Below are positions 53,720 to 64,000 of a stretch of 64,000 bases of DNA, piece by piece. Below the pieces are notes generated by a model that saw nothing but the letters and a program-made list of their open reading frames with translations, was not told the origin of the DNA and ran no database searches. Each line of letters opens with the position of its first letter. Position 1 is the stretch's first letter. The position numbers and the translations under genes are program-made. The DNA is from Candidatus Marinacidobacterales bacterium (GTDB lineage: Bacteria; Acidobacteriota; Vicinamibacteria; Marinacidobacterales; DATDRI01), in contig CBDCNP010000002.1 in assembly GCA_965219415.1 (NCBI GenBank), forward strand, positions 3,776,001-3,840,000, read 5' to 3'.

Positions 53720-55198
53720 CTATTTGATGAGATAAAGCTCCTTTTGCGAAGGAGAAAAATACTCGATCCCACTTTCGGTGGCAATCGCCTGCTCATGATT
53801 CCAAAAGAGCAAATATTGGTCTTTGCTTTCGTTGGAAGTAGGCGACGGCATATAGAAAAAATATTCTATGACGAATTGGTGATTGGGTGAGAGGGGTATG
53901 TCATGAGTCCAATCCGGACCATAAGAACCCATCCTGGGGCCAAACATATTGCTATGCTTCCTCTCACGCGCTCCTTTTCCATAGCCATGGAGGTCGATAG
54001 AAAGCAGGGTTTTTTCAAGATCAAGACCTATGGAATAAACGGGGAAATTGTTCTTTGGCTGAAACATATGCAATTGGGGATCCACAACGATAATCCCTTC
54101 AGCATCAAATTGCCGCTTGTAGTTTTGCATTATCTCACGAGGGGTAAGTCCCGCCCTCACGGTCTCTGCAAAAATCTCGTCGATTTTCAGATATTCTGCC
54201 CAGAGTTCCTTGATTTCTGGAGGCGGTTCCGTCTCTCCGTCACGGAGCACATAGGCGTACATTCCCTGGCTTGGTGCTGCAACGATGTCGCCACCCTGGA
54301 CCACACTGTTTTCCCAGCCTGCACTTCTTCCCCTTTGCGATAATCCTGTGCTCATGCGACGAAAGACAACTACATCCGCCTCATAATCCCCGGTTTCACC
54401 CACCTCGCGAGTTTTGGTTACACCAGGCTTGATTCCAGTAAAGGCTTTCTCTACAAGTTCAACTTCGTCCTTACGGAGTTTCTTGAGCAGTTCAATTTCG
54501 CTCGGCGCCGTTCTCTTAATGTAATCCATCATCACATATTCAGAGGAGACGAGCCTCTTGGCATATTTATCTCCGAGCTCTTGGGTCAATAAGAGGTAGT
54601 CTGTATGCGAAATGCCGTCTTGTGCCCTACTGGAAGTCGCCCACGTTCCCAGGTTTTCCCTGTAATTTACAGCAATACGTTTGGGGTCGCGCGCTTCAAC
54701 AAATTCTCTGAGGCCCTTAAATCGGTAATCATATTCTGTCATCGGGCTTGCTACCGGTTCCCCCACAAAAACTGGCTCGTGGATTATGTCGTAGGCTCCA
54801 CTTTCTTCAACCAACGTCTTTCCCGCTCTGCCCTTTCACGCTGTGTAGCTCCCCAGCGACGTCCGAGAACGGCGCATTCGATCTTGTCATCGCCACGGTC
54901 CGTGAAGACGAAAACACCCGAGGTACTGCCCAGCTCTTCTGCACCAAAGGGATCAGGAATTGCCACTCTCATCACATGAATCCACATGTCGATATTGTTC
55001 TCTCTCATGGCTGGGGGCAGATCGAGATCAAACTTTTCCAGGCGAATCTGATTGTTCCATTCCTTCATGCTGGAGTTCTTCCTGAGCCTGTGCTGTGGCT
55101 TGAACCTGAGCAGAAAGGCCGACCAATAGAAACAGGTACAAAAAGCTCAACGAAGTCGTCCGTGAACTCAACAAAATTTTCTGTTTCTTTTTCACCAT
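53720..55198 (-). CDS. Secreted Xaa-Pro aminopeptidase-like (M24-related) protein, two frameshifts, lower GC
   Basis: Signal peptide from ATG 55198; IRLEKFDL.LP.AMRENNIDMWI; RDPKRIAVN; DGISHTDY; HEQAI. Confidence 0.7.
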
Positions 55199-55374
55199 TA
55201 CCTCCATGACTGCTAGGCGTATCTAGCACGACGCACTTGCACCGTGCAACTTGTTCACCCGAAGTAGCTGACCGGGCCATCCTTTCGAGTTGTTACTTTT
55301 GGTTACTCGGTATCTGGACCGAGTAGGTCACAGAACCCTACAATTGCTATCATTAGTGTTCTAAGAGAGCCGTT

Positions 55375-55773
55375 ATGCCCGAACGCGTTGCGTTAGTCGT
55401 TGCAGCCGGCGTGCTGTCGGTCGACGGAAAGATCCTGGTCGCTCGACGCAAAGCCGGTACGCATTTGGAACGCCGGTGGGAGTTTCCGGGTGGCAAGCTC
55501 GAGCCCGGAGAGGCCCCCAAGGAGTGTTTGATCCGCGAGTTTCGCGAAGAGCTCGACGTCGGGATCGAAGTCGGTGAAGTCTTAGAAGTGATCTTTCATC
55601 GCTATCCAGAACGCAACGTCCTTTTGCTGCTCTACGCCTGCCGGCTCGTCGAGGGAGAGCCTCGTGCCATCGGCTGTGAAAAACTGCTGTGGCTAGAAAA
55701 GAAAGAACTCGAGCGCTTGGACTGGGTCCCCGCCGATCGCGCCTTCGTACGCCGCCTCGCCTCCGAAGGCTGA
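55375..55773 (+). CDS. MutT/NudG-family (d)NTP pyrophosphohydrolase
   Basis: Nudix box WEFPGGKLEPGE...CLIREFREELD; PAD C-terminal motif. Confidence 0.93.
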   Translation: MPERVALVVAAGVLSVDGKILVARRKAGTHLERRWEFPGGKLEPGEAPKECLIREFREELDVGIEVGEVLEVIFHRYPERNVLLLLYACRLVEGEPRAIGCEKLLWLEKKELERLDWVPADRAFVRRLASEG

Positions 55774-55852
55774 GAACAACTTTCGTAGTAGGAACTATCA
55801 CCGGCGGCACCGATTCCTCTTTGACCAGGGCGTCGAATTCCGCGAGCTCCGT
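55701..55852 (+). repeat. 152 bp direct repeat copy 1 (Nudix 3-prime end plus VPS10 gene 3-prime end)
   Basis: Colinear with 58111-58262, about 12 mismatches by eye, no indels. Confidence 0.95.
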
Positions 55853-55988
55853 TTCGCATGTCGGTGAAAGGAGTAAGCGGCAAGTTGAGCTGCCAGAGAT
55901 AGGGAGGTCCTCGAGCGACGCGCTCAGGCCGATGGCGAGGATGAGGGCGGAAACCGTAACTTTCAGAACGACAAGCACAAAGCTGTCT

Positions 55989-56895
55989 CTACAAGGTGAG
56001 CACCAGCGAGAACTTCACTACCGTGTCCAGCTTCTTCCTAGGTACCACGGCGGATCCGATTTGGATGCCACCGTTGCTCGGGTCGAGATCGAACAAGTCG
56101 ATCTCTTCCAAGGTCGGAGAGTTCTGATACAGCAACTGAAGCGAAAAACGTAAGGCCAGGACCGAGGTGACGTTGGTGGCCACCGCGTTGATGGTGTTGA
56201 AGCGATTGTCGCTCGCGTCACTCCCGTAGACGAAGAAGATGAAATCGCTGTCGAAGCGGGTGTTCTCTACGAACTGGTGCATATATTCCCAAGAGAGACG
56301 GACTTCCGAGAGGTTCGCGTCCCGCTCGGGATCCTCGATCTCGTCGATACGTCGCGTATAGGTGATCGTATAGTCGGTCTTGAACCGGAGGTGATCATCG
56401 TCTCTCCAGGGGTTGTCGACACCGGCGTAAACGACCGTCCGGTTCTCGATGCCGGCGTTGGAATCACGGTCCCACCCCGCGCCGGCCACCCAGAACCACC
56501 GCTCCGTGATATCTCGGTCGTACCTTCCCGACAAGTAGTACCGCTCGACGTCGAGCTCCCGTGAATCGTCCTCGATGATCTGAAAATCATCCGGCGTCCC
56601 TATGGCGAACGGATCGTCCCACGGTCCCCGTTCTTAGCGCACCGCCGCGGAACGAAAGCTCCGCATTACTCCAAGCGCGAGTCAGCAAGTCGTCGAACGT
56701 TAATGTCGAGGTCGAAGAGTTCCCCGACGTGCGGACGAACCCGAAATCGGCGGCGTTGGACCAGCCGAGCTTCCTCTCTTCGTCGCGGTTCGGCTGGTCG
56801 GTCGCGATCTGGGCCCGGGCCTGGAGAGCCCAACCGAACGCAAGAACGGTTAAAAGCATGAAGCGCCTAACTCTCCTCATCCGACTTGCTTTCAA
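55989..56895 (-). CDS. DUF481 outer-membrane beta-barrel protein, frameshifted
   Basis: WSNAADFGFVRTSGNSSTST; GRYDR; LALRFSLQLLY; C-terminal SLVLTL. Confidence 0.8.
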
Positions 56896-56904
56896 CCGAT
56901 CCCC

Positions 56905-57270
56905 TCAGGCCGAGCTATCCTCCCCAACCCGATACAGGTGGACGTCCCGCTGCGGGAAGGGAATGCCGATGCCCGCCTCGTCCAGCGCAGTTTTCACGGC
57001 ACGAATCGTCGCCTCCTTGACGGATAGGAAGTCCGCCTTCGACGCCCACACCCGCACTTGCCAATCTACCGAGGAAGCGCCGAGCCCGGTCAAGACGACT
57101 TGGATGTCCCTTTCCGAGGATCGACCGGGGACGTTGGAGGCGGCCCGCTCCAGTACGTCTCGGGTGCGGTCGACGCTCGCGGTGTAGTCGACCCCAACGT
57201 CGACGTCCGCGCGGCGAATGGAATGGTGCGAGACGTTCTCGATAGTAGTGCCGAAGACGGAACCCTTGAT
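56905..57270 (-). pseudogene. MscS mechanosensitive channel C-terminal fragment
   Basis: RRADVDVGVDY, LGASSVDW, GIGIPFPQRDVH; TM part absent. Confidence 0.8.
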
Positions 57271-57472
57271 GAGAAGTGTGCAAGAGCGCGTAGTGCGAGA
57301 AATCCGCATGCTGCGTGCGACGTGGTGGGCGCTGGAAACGGGCTCACGGTGTGGCTAGTGAGGCACTCCCAGAGGAAATGGGGAGCAATGGATAGGCCAC
57401 CCCTATTTGGTACCGCGCCAGCCCTCGACCCAACCAGGCAGTCATCAACTTGCGGACGTTTTCGTAGACCGA

Positions 57473-57758
57473 TTAGCCCTTCGCCATCGCGTTCTTGATG
57501 AGTCCGATGATGGCGAGGAGGACTCCCCCACCGACACCGGACCCGGCGACGTTACCAATGATGTTGCCGATATCCATTGCGGAACCGCCGCCACCACCCA
57601 GAACGCCGAGGGCGCCGAGTATCTGTCCTCCCAGACCGCCGCCCACGATCCCGACAACGGAGTTCAACAAAGTGCCTAAGCTAAGATTCTTCATCAGGGC
57701 ACCGGCCACGTTACCACCGACCGCACCGCCGATAAGGTTTCATGATTAAGCTTTCCAT
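57473..57758 (-). CDS. Small Gly-rich membrane protein, frameshifted at the N-terminus
   Basis: GGAVGGNVAGALMKNLSLG...GIVGGGLGGQIL...GVGGGVLLAIIG; RBS GGAGG. Confidence 0.75.
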
Positions 57759-58027
57759 TTAACATTCCTCCCAAATGAATGAAGGGCGCTGATACATCAT
57801 ATTACTGTCACGAGGTCAACGGTCACCCCCGCGGTCGCTAGCGACCCAGCGTTCCCGCCAAACACGACGACATTGAGGAAGGCTTGAAGCATCGCGTTTT
57901 CACACGCGGACGGATTTCGATGAAGGCGGTGGGAGTGTCTGTGTCCGTCGAGATGTGAATGTGAAGAGCCACTCCAGCCGTCTCGTGTCGGGGTATCGAA
58001 CGAGTGGCGTGGTCGGAAGCCAGTGGC

Positions 58028-58114
58028 TAGGGCTCGGGTGGCGAGCGCAATTCGCTGTTTCGCTTTTCGAGATGAGCCAAGATTTTGCGGATCACCTTAT
58101 GCTCGGTAATGAAG
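58028..58114 (-). mobile_element. C-terminal remnant of an IS91/Y2-type rolling-circle transposase
   Basis: FITEHKVIRKILAHLEKRNSELRSPPEP* resembles the typical I.D..VIRKIL.HL....R.PP tail. Confidence 0.55.
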
Positions 58115-58262
58115 GAACTCGAGCGCCTGGACTGCGTCCCCGCCGATCGCGCCTTCGTACGCCGCCTCGCCTCCGAAGGCTGAGAACGTCTTACGTAGTA
58201 GGAACTATCACCGGCGGCACCGCTTCCTCCTTGACGAGGGTGTTGAAATCCGCGAGCTCCGT
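58111..58262 (+). repeat. 152 bp direct repeat copy 2
   Basis: See 55701-55852. Confidence 0.95.
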
Positions 58263-61200
58263 CGCGGTGACTTTCTCGAGAGCGCTCAAATGCTCTGACA
58301 GCTCCGCCTTCAGCTCCTCGTATCGATCATACGAGCCATCGGTCGGCTTGGCCTCGGAGCCGATCACAATGCCGTACAAGTAAACGATTTGATTGTCTAA
58401 CATCGGCGGGAAGTTGAGCGGATCCTGATTGCTTTCCAACTTGGTTTGATAGAGTTTTTCCTCGATGGCAGTTAGCGCTTCGCTCACCCGTTTTGCCGCT
58501 TCTTGGATATTGTCTCCGCGGCCTGCTTTGCTCAAACGCTCCGCCAAGTCGTCGACCTGTTTGCGCGTCTCCCGTATCCGTGTCACCGCTTCATGGGCGT
58601 CGACCACCAAGGCTCGGATCTTCATTGCCAAGTCGAACTGCTCTTGGAAGTCTTCCTGCGTCGTTGCAAGCCGGGGATCCTTCTTCACTTCGAAGGTCCG
58701 AGTAGCCGTCCACTCGCCGATCGTCATCCTCACCTTGTACGTCCCGGGTACGGCTCGGGGGCCCTGTTTGGTACCCCAAATAATGGCCCCTTCGGTCACC
58801 TCCGTCTCCGGGTAGCGCAAGTCCCAAACAAATCGGCTCATCCCCGCATCGGTTGAAACCTTTTCCTCTCGTCCTTCATCGAAGAAAGTCTCAGGCTCTG
58901 CCTCCTCTTCCTCGGTGCTGGAAAACGACCGCACGACCTCGTCGGCAGCGTCGAGGATGTCCAGAGTGACCTCCTCCTCCGCTGAGTTCTCCAGATAGTA
59001 GTAGACGGCTGCCCCGTTCGGTGGATTCTCGCCGATCCCGGAGCGACGCCGGGTGCGGCCGGCACGTCCCATACGGTACGTATCCCGAGTAGAGAATAAA
59101 AAGGCTTCGATGCCCGTCACTTCGTTCGTCAGCTGCTGCAGCGTCGTGAGATCGTCGAGGATCCAAAACGACCTACCTTGGGTCGCAACGACCAAGTCGC
59201 CATCCTTCACTTGCATGTCGGTGATGGGAGTAACGGGCAAGTTGAGCTGCAGGGATTGCCAGGTTTGGCCATCATTGAAGGAAACGTACATTCCGAACTC
59301 GGTCCCGGCGTAGAGCAGGCCTTGACGACTCGGGTCCTCTCTCACCACGCGAACGAAGTGGTTCGACGGGATCCCGTTTCGGCCGTTGGTAAGAAGCTCC
59401 CAGGTGGCGCCGAAATCATTGGTCCTGAAGATGTACGGACGAAAGTCATCCGTCTTGTATCGCGTTACCGCCACGAAAGCGCATCCCGGAGAGAACACGG
59501 AGAGCTCGAGCATATTGACCTGGCCCCACTCCGGCATCGCCTCGGGTGTGATGTCTGCCCAGTTCGACCCGCCGTCCCGCGAGAGTTGCACCAGGCCGTC
59601 GTCGGTACCGACCCAAAGAAGTCCCGCTTGATCCGAAGATTCCTCCAGAGCAAAAACGGTCCCATAGACCTCGACGCCGGTGTTGTCCCACGTTAGGGGG
59701 CCTCCGGAATAGTCTTGTTTCTCCTTGTCGTTGCGCGTCAAATCTGGACTGATAACCTCCCAGCTCTGGCCCTCGTTGGTCGACTTATGAACCACGTTCG
59801 AAGCGTGATAGAGCACTTCGGGATCGTGCGGTGAAATCCGAATCGGGGCGTTCCACTGGAAGCGATACTTCATATCGCGCGGAGCATGCCCTAACTGGAG
59901 CTGCGGATAGTCAAGGATGTTGCGTCGATAGCCGGTCCGGTGGTCGTAACGGGTGATCGTCCCGCCATAGCTTCCCGCGTAGACGATGTTGGTATCCCGT
60001 GGGTCCACCGCGATGTGGCCGCTCTCGCCTCCGCCCACCGGGTACCAGTGCTGGATGGTGATGCCTCCGGAGGCGGTGCGGCTCGGGATGGAAACGGTCG
60101 AGTTGTCCTGCTGGGCACCGTAAACGCGGTAGGGAAACTGATCGTCGACAATGACTCGATAAAACTCGGCCGTGGGTTGATTGGTTTGCGTCGACCACGT
60201 CTTTCCGCCGTTGAACGAAACGTTGGCTCCCCCATCGTTGCTATTGATGAGAATCTTCGGATTTTTCGGATTGAGCCATAGATCGTGGTTATCCCCATGC
60301 GGCACCGGTATCGCCTCGAACGTTTTGCCGCCGTCCACGGATTTGTAGAGAGCGGTGTTGAGTGCATAGACGGTGTTTTCGTCTAGTGAATCGGCATAGA
60401 CGTGCGTGTAGTACCAGGCTCGTTGTCGATGTTTACGATCCTTGTTGATGAGTCGGAACGTCTCCCCGCTGTCATCGGAGCGGAACATGCCGCCTTCCTC
60501 CGCTTCGATGAGCGTCCAAACGCGTTCCGGGTTGGCCGGTGATACCGCCACCGCAATGCGGCCGGTCATGCCTTGGGGCAGTCCCTCCGTCAATTCGGTC
60601 CAGTCGTCTCCACCATCAGTGCTCTTATAGAGACCGCCATCCTCGCCCCCGCTGATGAGTGCCCATGGCTTTCGGGCCACGCGCCAGATCGCGGCGTAGA
60701 GAATCCTCGGGTTCCGCGCGTCCATCGCCAGATCGACGGCTCCCGCCTGGTCGCTCACGAAGAGAACCTTCTCCCAGCTCGTGCCTCCGTCGCGGGACCG
60801 AAAGACGCCGCGTTCTTCGTTGGGTCCGAAGATGTGGCCGAGCGCCGCGACGTAAACGAGATCCGGATCTTTAGGATGGACTCGAATGCGACCGACCTGC
60901 CCTGCCTCGCGAAGACCGATGTGGGTCCAGGTCTTGCCGGCATCGGTGGAGCGATAGACCCCATCACCCGGCGACACGTTCCCCCTCGGGCATGCGGAGC
61001 CCGTGCCGACGTAAACGACGTTGGGATCCGACTCGGCAACTGCGATGGCCCCGATGGAACCGCTACCGAAAAAAGTATCGGAGACATTGGTCCACGTCTC
61101 GCCCGCGTCGGTGGTCTTCCAGACGCCTCCACCGGTTGCGCCCATATAGTAAGTCTCGGGATCGGACGGGACGCCAGTGACCGCTGTCACGCGCCCGCCA

Positions 61201-61346
61201 CGAAAGGGTCCGATGTTTCGATACTGAAGCGCACTGAAGAGCGCCGGGTCGTGGGTCGGCGGCACGTCGGCTTCTGGTGCCGTCGACCATGCGATCGATG
61301 CGGAGAGAAGGGGTAACGACACCCAGATCGAGATCCATTTCTTCAT
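58191..61346 (-). CDS. VPS10/sortilin-like BNR-repeat glycosyl hydrolase-like protein
   Basis: YRNIGPFRGGRV; many S.DGG.TW Asp-boxes; signal peptide; helical C-terminus. Confidence 0.93.
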   Translation of the reverse strand: MKKWISIWVSLPLLSASIAWSTAPEADVPPTHDPALFSALQYRNIGPFRGGRVTAVTGVPSDPETYYMGATGGGVWKTTDAGETWTNVSDTFFGSGSIGAIAVAESDPNVVYVGTGSACPRGNVSPGDGVYRSTDAGKTWTHIGLREAGQVGRIRVHPKDPDLVYVAALGHIFGPNEERGVFRSRDGGTSWEKVLFVSDQAGAVDLAMDARNPRILYAAIWRVARKPWALISGGEDGGLYKSTDGGDDWTELTEGLPQGMTGRIAVAVSPANPERVWTLIEAEEGGMFRSDDSGETFRLINKDRKHRQRAWYYTHVYADSLDENTVYALNTALYKSVDGGKTFEAIPVPHGDNHDLWLNPKNPKILINSNDGGANVSFNGGKTWSTQTNQPTAEFYRVIVDDQFPYRVYGAQQDNSTVSIPSRTASGGITIQHWYPVGGGESGHIAVDPRDTNIVYAGSYGGTITRYDHRTGYRRNILDYPQLQLGHAPRDMKYRFQWNAPIRISPHDPEVLYHASNVVHKSTNEGQSWEVISPDLTRNDKEKQDYSGGPLTWDNTGVEVYGTVFALEESSDQAGLLWVGTDDGLVQLSRDGGSNWADITPEAMPEWGQVNMLELSVFSPGCAFVAVTRYKTDDFRPYIFRTNDFGATWELLTNGRNGIPSNHFVRVVREDPSRQGLLYAGTEFGMYVSFNDGQTWQSLQLNLPVTPITDMQVKDGDLVVATQGRSFWILDDLTTLQQLTNEVTGIEAFLFSTRDTYRMGRAGRTRRRSGIGENPPNGAAVYYYLENSAEEEVTLDILDAADEVVRSFSSTEEEEAEPETFFDEGREEKVSTDAGMSRFVWDLRYPETEVTEGAIIWGTKQGPRAVPGTYKVRMTIGEWTATRTFEVKKDPRLATTQEDFQEQFDLAMKIRALVVDAHEAVTRIRETRKQVDDLAERLSKAGRGDNIQEAAKRVSEALTAIEEKLYQTKLESNQDPLNFPPMLDNQIVYLYGIVIGSEAKPTDGSYDRYEELKAELSEHLSALEKVTATELADFNTLVKEEAVPPVIVPTT

Positions 61347-61412
61347 AGTACGACTCCCTTACATAAGACGAGCTCAGCTGGCTAGCTCGGGGTGTATCAG
61401 AAAACCCCCCGC

Positions 61413-62553
61413 TTAGGAAGCGACGATGATGCGGGGTAGGAAAGGGTTAATTCGGGCCAGAACCTCATAGGGGATGGTCCCGGTCTTCTCGGCGAGCTCT
61501 TCCACAGCGATCTCTGCCTCGCCTTGCTTTCCGATCAGAACGACCTCGTCGCCAACAGAGGCCCCGGTCGCGGTTACGTCCAAAACGACCATGTTCATCG
61601 CCACCCTTCCTACCATCGGAGCCGGTTGCCCGCGGACCAGCGCGCGCCCGGAATTGGAAAGCCTCCCATCGAGTCCCGTCGTAGTAGCCGACGGGGATCA
61701 CCGCTACCTGCATAGGTCGTGTTACTTCGTACGTGAGGCCGTAGCCGATGAAATCGCCCGCCGCCACGTCCTTGATCTGAGCGATGCGCGTCTTCCAGGT
61801 CAGAACCGGCTGCAGCGAGATCTGCTTGCCGCGCTCGCGGAATGCGAGCCGAGTCTCTCGGGAAGGCCAAACTCCGTAAGCGCCGATTCCGACTCTCACC
61901 ATGCTGAAATGAGTTTCGGGATAGAGGAGAGCTCCCGCCGTTGCCGCGGCGTGAATGAGACGCGGCTCGATGCCAGCGCGTTCCGTGATCTCGAGGGCCT
62001 CACGAAATCGTCGAAGCTGGAGCTCGGCGAAGGAAGGATTCAACGTGTCTTCGATGTTCGCAAAATGCGTGTACATTCCTTCGACCCGGAGGCCCGACAG
62101 CTTGTCCATCTCTCCCGAGAAAGCTTCCAGCTCCGAGACCGGAACTCCCAATCGGTGAGTGCCCGTCTCTATTTTGATGTGTGCCAGCGCGGTGCGATTC
62201 GCTTCGCGACCCGCTTCGGAGAGACTCTCGGCTGAGTCGATCCGAAAAACCACCTGGTGGAAACCGTGGCCGACCACTTCCCCGGCCCGGCTCTCCGGGG
62301 TGTAACCGAAAATGGCTATCGGCTTTCCGATACCCAGACGATGAAGCGCCAAGGCTTCATCCAGAGAGTTTACGCCGAGCCAATTGGCCTCCTCGGCGAC
62401 GAGCGGTGCGACTTCCGAAAGGCCATGACCGTAAGCATTCGCTTTCACGACGACCATGAGAGCACACTCAGGATCCATCAAATCTCTGAAGGCACCGACG
62501 TTCGCGCGCAAGCGTTGGCGATCGATCTCGATCCAAGAAGTGGCTTGAGTCAA
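61413..62553 (-). CDS. alr: Alanine racemase, frameshifted near 61670
   Basis: VVKANAYGHG, HIKIETGTHRLG, YTHFA, VRVGIGAYG, IGYG, PVGYYDG, VGRVAMN, TIPYEV. Confidence 0.95.
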
Positions 62554-62560
62554 CTTTCCC

Positions 62561-63763
62561 TCACTCGGGAGCTCTTTCCATTACCGCCTCCACCAATGGC
62601 TTCATGGTGAGTGTTTGGATGACTAGCGAGAAGAAAACCAAAAAGGCTGCGAGAACCAAGAACTCGGTGCGAAACGGAACATTCGAAGGCATCCCCAAGA
62701 CCAGGGCGATGGGAATCGACCCCTTGAGCCCACCCCACCACATGACATGTGACCAAGAGAACGGATATTTCTGTGGCGTCCTGCTGACCATGAACCAAAC
62801 CGGATAGACGGTCAGCGCCCGGGACGCGAGGACGATAGCTATCACCAAGAGCCCGGGCACGAGGAATTTCGGGAGGTCTGGAATAAAAGCCTTCATCTCG
62901 AAGCCAATGAGCAGAAACAAGAGTGCGTTGATCAGGAAATCGATCACCTCCCAGAAGTTCTCCACCGTGTCCCGCGTTTGTTCCGACATCGAGAACGCAC
63001 GGCCGTAGTTGCCGATGATCAGTCCGGCCACTACCACGGCGATCACTCCCGACAGATGAAAGACCTCCGCCACCAGAAAGCTTCCGAAGACAAGTACCAC
63101 GGTCAGGGTCACTTCGAGCAGGTGATCGTCGAGTCGCTTCATGGTCTTGTATGCGATATAACCCAAGGCCAAACCCACCGCCGCCCCACCGGCGACCACC
63201 TCGATAAATTCCAGTGCCGCTCCCGTCGCAGTCACTTCCTCCCCGCCGTAGAGCGCCCCGTAGATCACTCCGAACAAAACGACACTCGTTCCATCGTTGA
63301 AGAGGCTTTCGCCCTCGACGAGTGCTTTTAGTCGTTCCGGGGTCTTCACTTCGCGGAAGACCGCCAAGACGGAGATGGGGTCGGTCGCCGCCACCATGGC
63401 CCCGAAAAGCATCCCCTTGAGCCAAGGCATTCCCATCGCGTAGTGGAGCATGCCACCCATCAGAAGCGTCGCCACGATGAGTCCTGGAACGGCAAGCGTC
63501 ACGATGGGCAGAAGGTTGCGCCGCAACTGCTCCAGATCCATATGCAGCGCCCCTTGGAACAGCAAAGGTGGCAGGATGATCAGAAGGACAAGCTCCTTGC
63601 TTAGTTTCACCTCGAGGTGGAAGGGCAGGAAACTGACCCCTATACCGACCAAAACCAAGGCGGTCGTGTAGGGTATATGGATCCGTTTGACCGCAATCGC
63701 GACAACGCACGCGAGAAGAAGGATCTCGACCAGATTCTCTAGTACGATCTCGGTCTCACCCAA
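62561..63763 (-). CDS. CPA1 Na+/H+ antiporter
   Basis: LPPLLF, ATDPISV, EGESLFNDG, WGGLKG. Confidence 0.95.
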   Translation of the reverse strand: MGETEIVLENLVEILLLACVVAIAVKRIHIPYTTALVLVGIGVSFLPFHLEVKLSKELVLLIILPPLLFQGALHMDLEQLRRNLLPIVTLAVPGLIVATLLMGGMLHYAMGMPWLKGMLFGAMVAATDPISVLAVFREVKTPERLKALVEGESLFNDGTSVVLFGVIYGALYGGEEVTATGAALEFIEVVAGGAAVGLALGYIAYKTMKRLDDHLLEVTLTVVLVFGSFLVAEVFHLSGVIAVVVAGLIIGNYGRAFSMSEQTRDTVENFWEVIDFLINALLFLLIGFEMKAFIPDLPKFLVPGLLVIAIVLASRALTVYPVWFMVSRTPQKYPFSWSHVMWWGGLKGSIPIALVLGMPSNVPFRTEFLVLAAFLVFFSLVIQTLTMKPLVEAVMERAPE

Positions 63764-63790
63764 GGCGGAAACCCGTTCGTTTCACCGTCA

Positions 63791-64000
63791 TCAATGGTAA
63801 CGCTCCAGGAGACAATAGAGATAGTTTCCGAACCCCACCACCGTTAGGTAGCCGAGCGCGACGACGCCAGCAAGACGACCGCTCCACCTTCTCTGAAACG
63901 CACCCGAGATGAAGCTTCCCGCAAAGAGCGCCAACAAAGGCAAAACTTGAAGGACGTAACGCACCTCGAGCGCCGTCGTCAGGTCCAAAAAAAAGAACAC
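63791..64000 (-). CDS. C-terminus of a membrane protein (partial)
   Basis: Hydrophobic segments with an RY.L...P motif; starts beyond the window end. Confidence 0.55.
   Translation of the reverse strand: MFFFLDLTTALEVRYVLQVLPLLALFAGSFISGAFQRRWSGRLAGVVALGYLTVVGFGNYLYCLLERYH

Noticed and set aside
3660-62553. More than 15 frameshifted genes (S9, VOC, istB, alr, DUF481 and others) as programmed frameshifting or genome decay
   Set aside because: Most are single-base indels in or near homopolymers and also hit housekeeping alr, so uncorrected long-read error is the simplest explanation. This also lowers trust in the rearrangement findings until reads are checked.
1-64000. CRISPR array, retron or DGR reverse transcriptase, prophage genes
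   Set aside because: No regularly spaced repeats, RT motifs or phage genes seen. The 152 bp repeat mismatches are not adenine-specific, so it is not a TR/VR pair.

Overview
This is a high-GC bacterial chromosome segment, most likely Acidobacteriota (Vicinamibacteria-like). The assignment rests on the ADOP-type ABC permease and the secreted peptidase, VPS10 and SnoaL repertoire. The backbone carries peptidases, transporters, tRNA-Arg(ACG), tRNA-Glu(CTC), an 8-gene surface-glycosylation operon, a MutT-family Nudix gene, alr and a Na+/H+ antiporter. Many genes have single-base frameshifts, probably long-read errors. Four non-routine structures stand out. (1) A 9.7 kb island (20816-30515) beside tRNA-Arg is bounded and subdivided by nine copies of an unusual end motif, mostly CGTC(C/G)TGT. 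The motif belongs to single-ORF DDE (rve) elements with ~102 bp inverted repeats, plus MITE-like derivatives. The island carries captured gene fragments and defence-like cargo: two PD-(D/E)xK-like proteins, one split by an IS21, and a DUF4145 protein. (2) Some genes are shattered and re-ligated in mixed orientation: the 650-2200 locus, and a 47 bp in-place inversion in the asparaginase gene. (3) The Nudix gene has an integrase-free island on each side, each bracketed by a long diverged direct repeat of host gene ends. (4) A histone-H1-like Lys-rich tail is fused to a PtuA-like ABC ATPase. All calls were made by eye from the sequence; no database searches were run.
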